Assembly: GCA_028023455.1 (NCBI GenBank)
Contig: JAQFVV010000007.1
Span: 13,888,001-13,952,000, forward strand
Source: Epiperipatus broadwayi
Lineage: Eukaryota; Animalia; Onychophora
Length of the DNA: 64,000 nucleotides
Reading direction: 5' to 3'
Numbering within the stretch: position 1 is the first letter of the stretch; each line of letters opens with the position of its first letter. The notes below the pieces were generated by a model. That model did no database searches. It was not told the origin of the DNA and was given only the letters and a program-made list of their open reading frames with translations. Of this stretch, positions 60,545-64,000 are shown piece after piece. The position numbers were made by a program, and so were the translations under genes.

Positions 60545-60900
60545 ATAACCACTAAACAGAATTTGAAACAATAGCAAACTCGCCTTACTGTAGTGCCACC
60601 TGGTTTTTACATAAAATCCTGATCTACTGCCTACTCATTCAATATCTGCAAACTAGTTTCTAGTCTGTGGCTTTCATCAGTGAGCAGCTTTGGGTGTCAA
60701 GCCACAAGTTAGAAACTAGTCTGGGTATATTCAATGAGTAGGCATTATATTTGAATTTTATGCACAAACCATCTGGCATTCATTGTCTACTATGGTTTGC
60801 ACTGGGTGATACCACTTTATGGAAAGTTTGCCACTGTTTTAGCAGCTTGTGTGAGCATAGGAGGTAGTGATTATGTAATGTTTTAGTAGTTTAAGCAGAA
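60545..60900. repeat. Family H2 repeat as an inverted pair with hammerhead motifs
   Basis: Minus arm: CUCA-CUGAUGA(60674-60680)-A-AGC-CACA-GACU-A-GAAA-CUAG-U-U. The plus arm starts at 60699, aagccacaagttagaaactagtctggg (CUGAUGA absent), and extends to about 60900. Confidence 0.88.
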
Positions 60901-61752
60901 TTTGACCAAGATGGTCTACTTAACTTTTAAAATATGATCATGATTGACCAAAGGTATGATATTTCTTCCCATATGCCCATATAGACATATTTTAGTATCT
61001 TCTATTTATGCTCTTATTATCATTCTTTTCCCAGTTTTTATTTTTCTATCTATTAGAAGTTGTTATCAATGATCTTTTGAAAGTCAGTGAGATCCAAATA
61101 TAAATTTCCTTTTTATTCCAGCTATTCCACAATAAGGAAAAGTGATAAGAAAGTTCTATGTTTTATAAATTCAATTTACTCATTTGCTAAGTATATTTTT
61201 ATTTGATTCTTTATTTTATTATTTAACATGATACATCAAGATTTTACCTTAAATACTTAATTAGTACAACTGTTTTCACATTTGTCTTGTTTCCTTGGTA
61301 ACAAGACAGAATACGGCACTATTTATTTTCAATAAAGTAAATAGCGTATATTTTTTAAAACCATTTCCATAAATCTGATCATTTATCCAACTATGGCTTC
61401 TCTATTTCAATTTCTTCACTGTTATTTTAATGTTTTTTAACAATTAGTTTTAATATAAGACAATGGTTTTGAATATCACAGCAATAACGGTTTGATTATT
61501 TTGTGCAAGTACTTCTTAGAACTCCCATTCTATAAACTATTCATTTGCTCTACTTGCTTTGATGCAGTGGCAAAGTGATAGACACTGGATCTCAAGGTCC
61601 ATTAATTATGGTTAAGCTCTCCATTTGCAATGTTCAAACATTTGTGAATTCTTATTCTAAGCAGTAAGCATTAATTATTTATTTTTATTAATTTTTCAAA
61701 TATTTTTTACTAATGCTTTTTTTTATATATATTTCAGTGCAGTATTCTTTCC

Positions 61753-61831
61753 ACCACTACTATTATTGTTATTATTATTACTATTATTATTATCATCGTC
61801 ATCATTATCATCATCATCATCATCATCATCA

Positions 61832-61905
<74 letters not shown>

Positions 61906-61906
61906 T
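61753..61906. repeat. Compound trinucleotide microsatellite (TAT)n-(CAT)n-(TAT)n-(GAT)n
   Basis: Read directly from the sequence. It explains the poly-Y/H/D/N ORFs on both strands. Confidence 0.97.
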
Positions 61907-62679
61907 TTCAAAACAACTTTGTTCATCAAAAAAGGTTACATAATTGTTTTTTCTTTTACAGAAAAAAATTGTCCAAGTACATGCACTATAGCAGCATTTA
62001 CATGTGAATATAATTCTTTTCTAATATGCAGTGTATGAAACTCAGAGTGGAATCAATAACAACATATATAAAATTTTAAAAATCATCAATAGAAAGAGTG
62101 ATTAATTGTTTAACTAAATTTTCCGAAGAGTTAGTTGCCCATGTTTGTAAGTAGTGGTTTAGTTTTGGAAAAAGTTTATTAAATATTCTTTTGTTAAATA
62201 GTCTGGGGTATTGATAGTTTATGATTATAAGCATCATTTCCATTTTTGCAAAGGTTGATATTGTTTATAATATTTAAAATGGAAAGGCAATCATTGGTGT
62301 ATCAATGAGCATTCAGATAATGTTTCTTCTATATTGTAAATAGATGATTGTTATTAGGTTGTGTTGTAATGTTGTGTTCATCAGTAGTGTAACATATGGT
62401 TAGAGAGTGGATTGGTGTTTCAGAAATGATCATGTAGCATCAATAATCCCTGGGTGTGCAAGTTTATGATCACTAGTTTTTAGTTGTTTGAGTTTGTTGG
62501 TAAAATTGATTGTGTAATGATGGATGTTGCTATCAAGGCAAAAAGTGTATTGGTGTACTAAAAAGCATACAAACTAAATGTTGCTGCATGAATAGCTGGA
62601 TAAATTTTTCCATTGTATGATTCAAGATTTCTATTTATTGTGAGAGTGCTTTGCCTGGATGTGTTTAACATGAATTCCC

Positions 62680-63320
62680 AAATGTGTGTTAGTATGGGAC
62701 AGATATGAAATAGATGATGTGTGTTGCATCTTCTCTGTGTCATAGTTTGCAGATAGGGTAAATGCTTGTGTTCAGTCTGCAGTATCATAAAAAGTTAGCT
62801 ATGGGTAGGGAGTATAAATTAAGTCTCAAAAGAAAGTAAAAAATTTTGACTCTAAAGACAATTTTTAATCTATGAAGTAGGTGACTATTGTTTATTCCTA
62901 GCATTGGGAGGAATGGTCAATGGATGAATTTGGATATAGTATATTGTGAATATTCCAGTCGGTATACTTACTTGTATTAAGTTGTGATATTTGGTTGTAG
63001 ATATTTTGTATTTGTCATATAAGTGATGACAAGAATTTATGTGATAGGGGTGTTCCATCTGTTGGTATTATGTATATAATGCATTCTACTGCTGAAAATC
63101 ATCTTATAATGGTAGTTTGGAGATTTATACTCTTTTGGATGTGGAAAACATTTATGAAATGAAGACCCTGTTCATTTTGTGCTGGTGAAAAACTAAGGTA
63201 TTTGGAAAAGATAGAGACACTCTTCCTCTGACATAGCAAAACTGCAACAAAGTAGAACAAATAGGAGTTAAAAAGATTTGGCAAACTTGATAATAGGCAA
63301 GTAGTAGTTTATTTTTATAA
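62680..63320 (-). mobile_element. Decayed L1/Tx1-like ORF2 3' half
   Basis: LLSSLPNLFNSYL...SFSPAQNEQG (RT domain 2-3-like) and, with frameshifts, PICKL*HREDAT..HLFHICPILTHIW (about 62690-62757), matching the zinc finger DPICGLCAREDETTDHIIHRCP of the intact LINE. Confidence 0.6.
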
Positions 63321-64000
63321 TTATTATTTGACTGAAAAGGCAAATTTTTGAGTATAGTGGAAGATAGATCTTAGCTTTTCAGCATCATTTTTAAGTCAGT
63401 TTTGGATTTTTATTCTCATAACAGTAGTCCTTAGGAAATTCAAGAAAGGCAAAAGCTTGACCATAATAAATTTGTGGATATGTCTTGCAGTGTAAAGATA
63501 AACAAGCAGAGGTTTTGCTCAAATTAAACTTAAATTAAAATTATGTGGGGTAGTCATCAAGTACTCTTTGTAGAATAGGTAATTGTTTTTGGTGGCAAGG
63601 ATTATTCATGTAAGCAATGCAAGGTATGTATAATATGGCATTTGGAATTTGAATGCCTGGAATTTTTTTGTTAAATTTTGTTTAAGAGAACATTGATTAA
63701 AAACATAAATAATAAGATGCTGAGTGGTGATCTCTGTGGCACTGATTGTCTAGGGACAAAAGAAGGTGATGCTCTGTCATTGATAATTATGTGAATTTTC
63801 ATGGTTTAGTAATAGTTAGAAAAAATGTATGTAGAAGGATATGAAATATTATTGTGGTTGTGAGAATGTGAATTAAGATGTCATAACTGAGTCAAAAGCA
63901 ACTTCAATATCAATTTGCATAGCCATCGGGGCATATTTTTTCTATTCTCAAACTTTTTAAAATTGTATTAAATATGAGAGCTGCTTGGCCTGTTGACAAT

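Noticed and set aside
61713-61943. His/Tyr/Asp/Asn-rich ORFs on both strands
   Set aside because: These are translations of a trinucleotide microsatellite.

Overview
Very AT-rich eukaryotic (most likely invertebrate animal) genomic DNA with no complete host gene that I can support. It is mostly a mobile-element graveyard. The main intact feature is a near full-length L1/Tx1-clade LINE on + (about 37088-43140): 5' UTR, CCHC-knuckle ORF1, APE-RT-zinc finger ORF2 and poly(A), carrying one in-frame stop and three frameshifts. Also present are two clear Penelope-like element (PLE) remnants (RT + GIY-YIG, minus strand, about 25.5-27.1 kb and 33.2-34.8 kb), a decayed Ty3/Gypsy element, several mariner remnants, RTE 3' fragments with (GAT)n tails, decayed CR1-like and L1/Tx1-like RT fragments, two copies of a short tRNA-derived SINE with 15-16 bp TSDs, satellites and microsatellites. 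The signal the ORF track misses: many of the small dispersed or palindromic repeats fold as type I hammerhead ribozymes (CUGANGA - stem II - GAAA - palindromic stem III - NUH - stem I). I count about 15 full or partial motifs in four sequence-distinct families. Three motifs sit in the 3' ends of the two PLEs, one pair is a 482-nt tandem (retrozyme-like), and six loci show the same inverted geometry with 3' ends pointing outward. Ribozyme-bearing PLE termini and retrozymes are known classes; whether these families are described, and whether any copy still cleaves, cannot be decided without searches and assays. All alignments and folds were done by eye, and boundaries of decayed elements are approximate.
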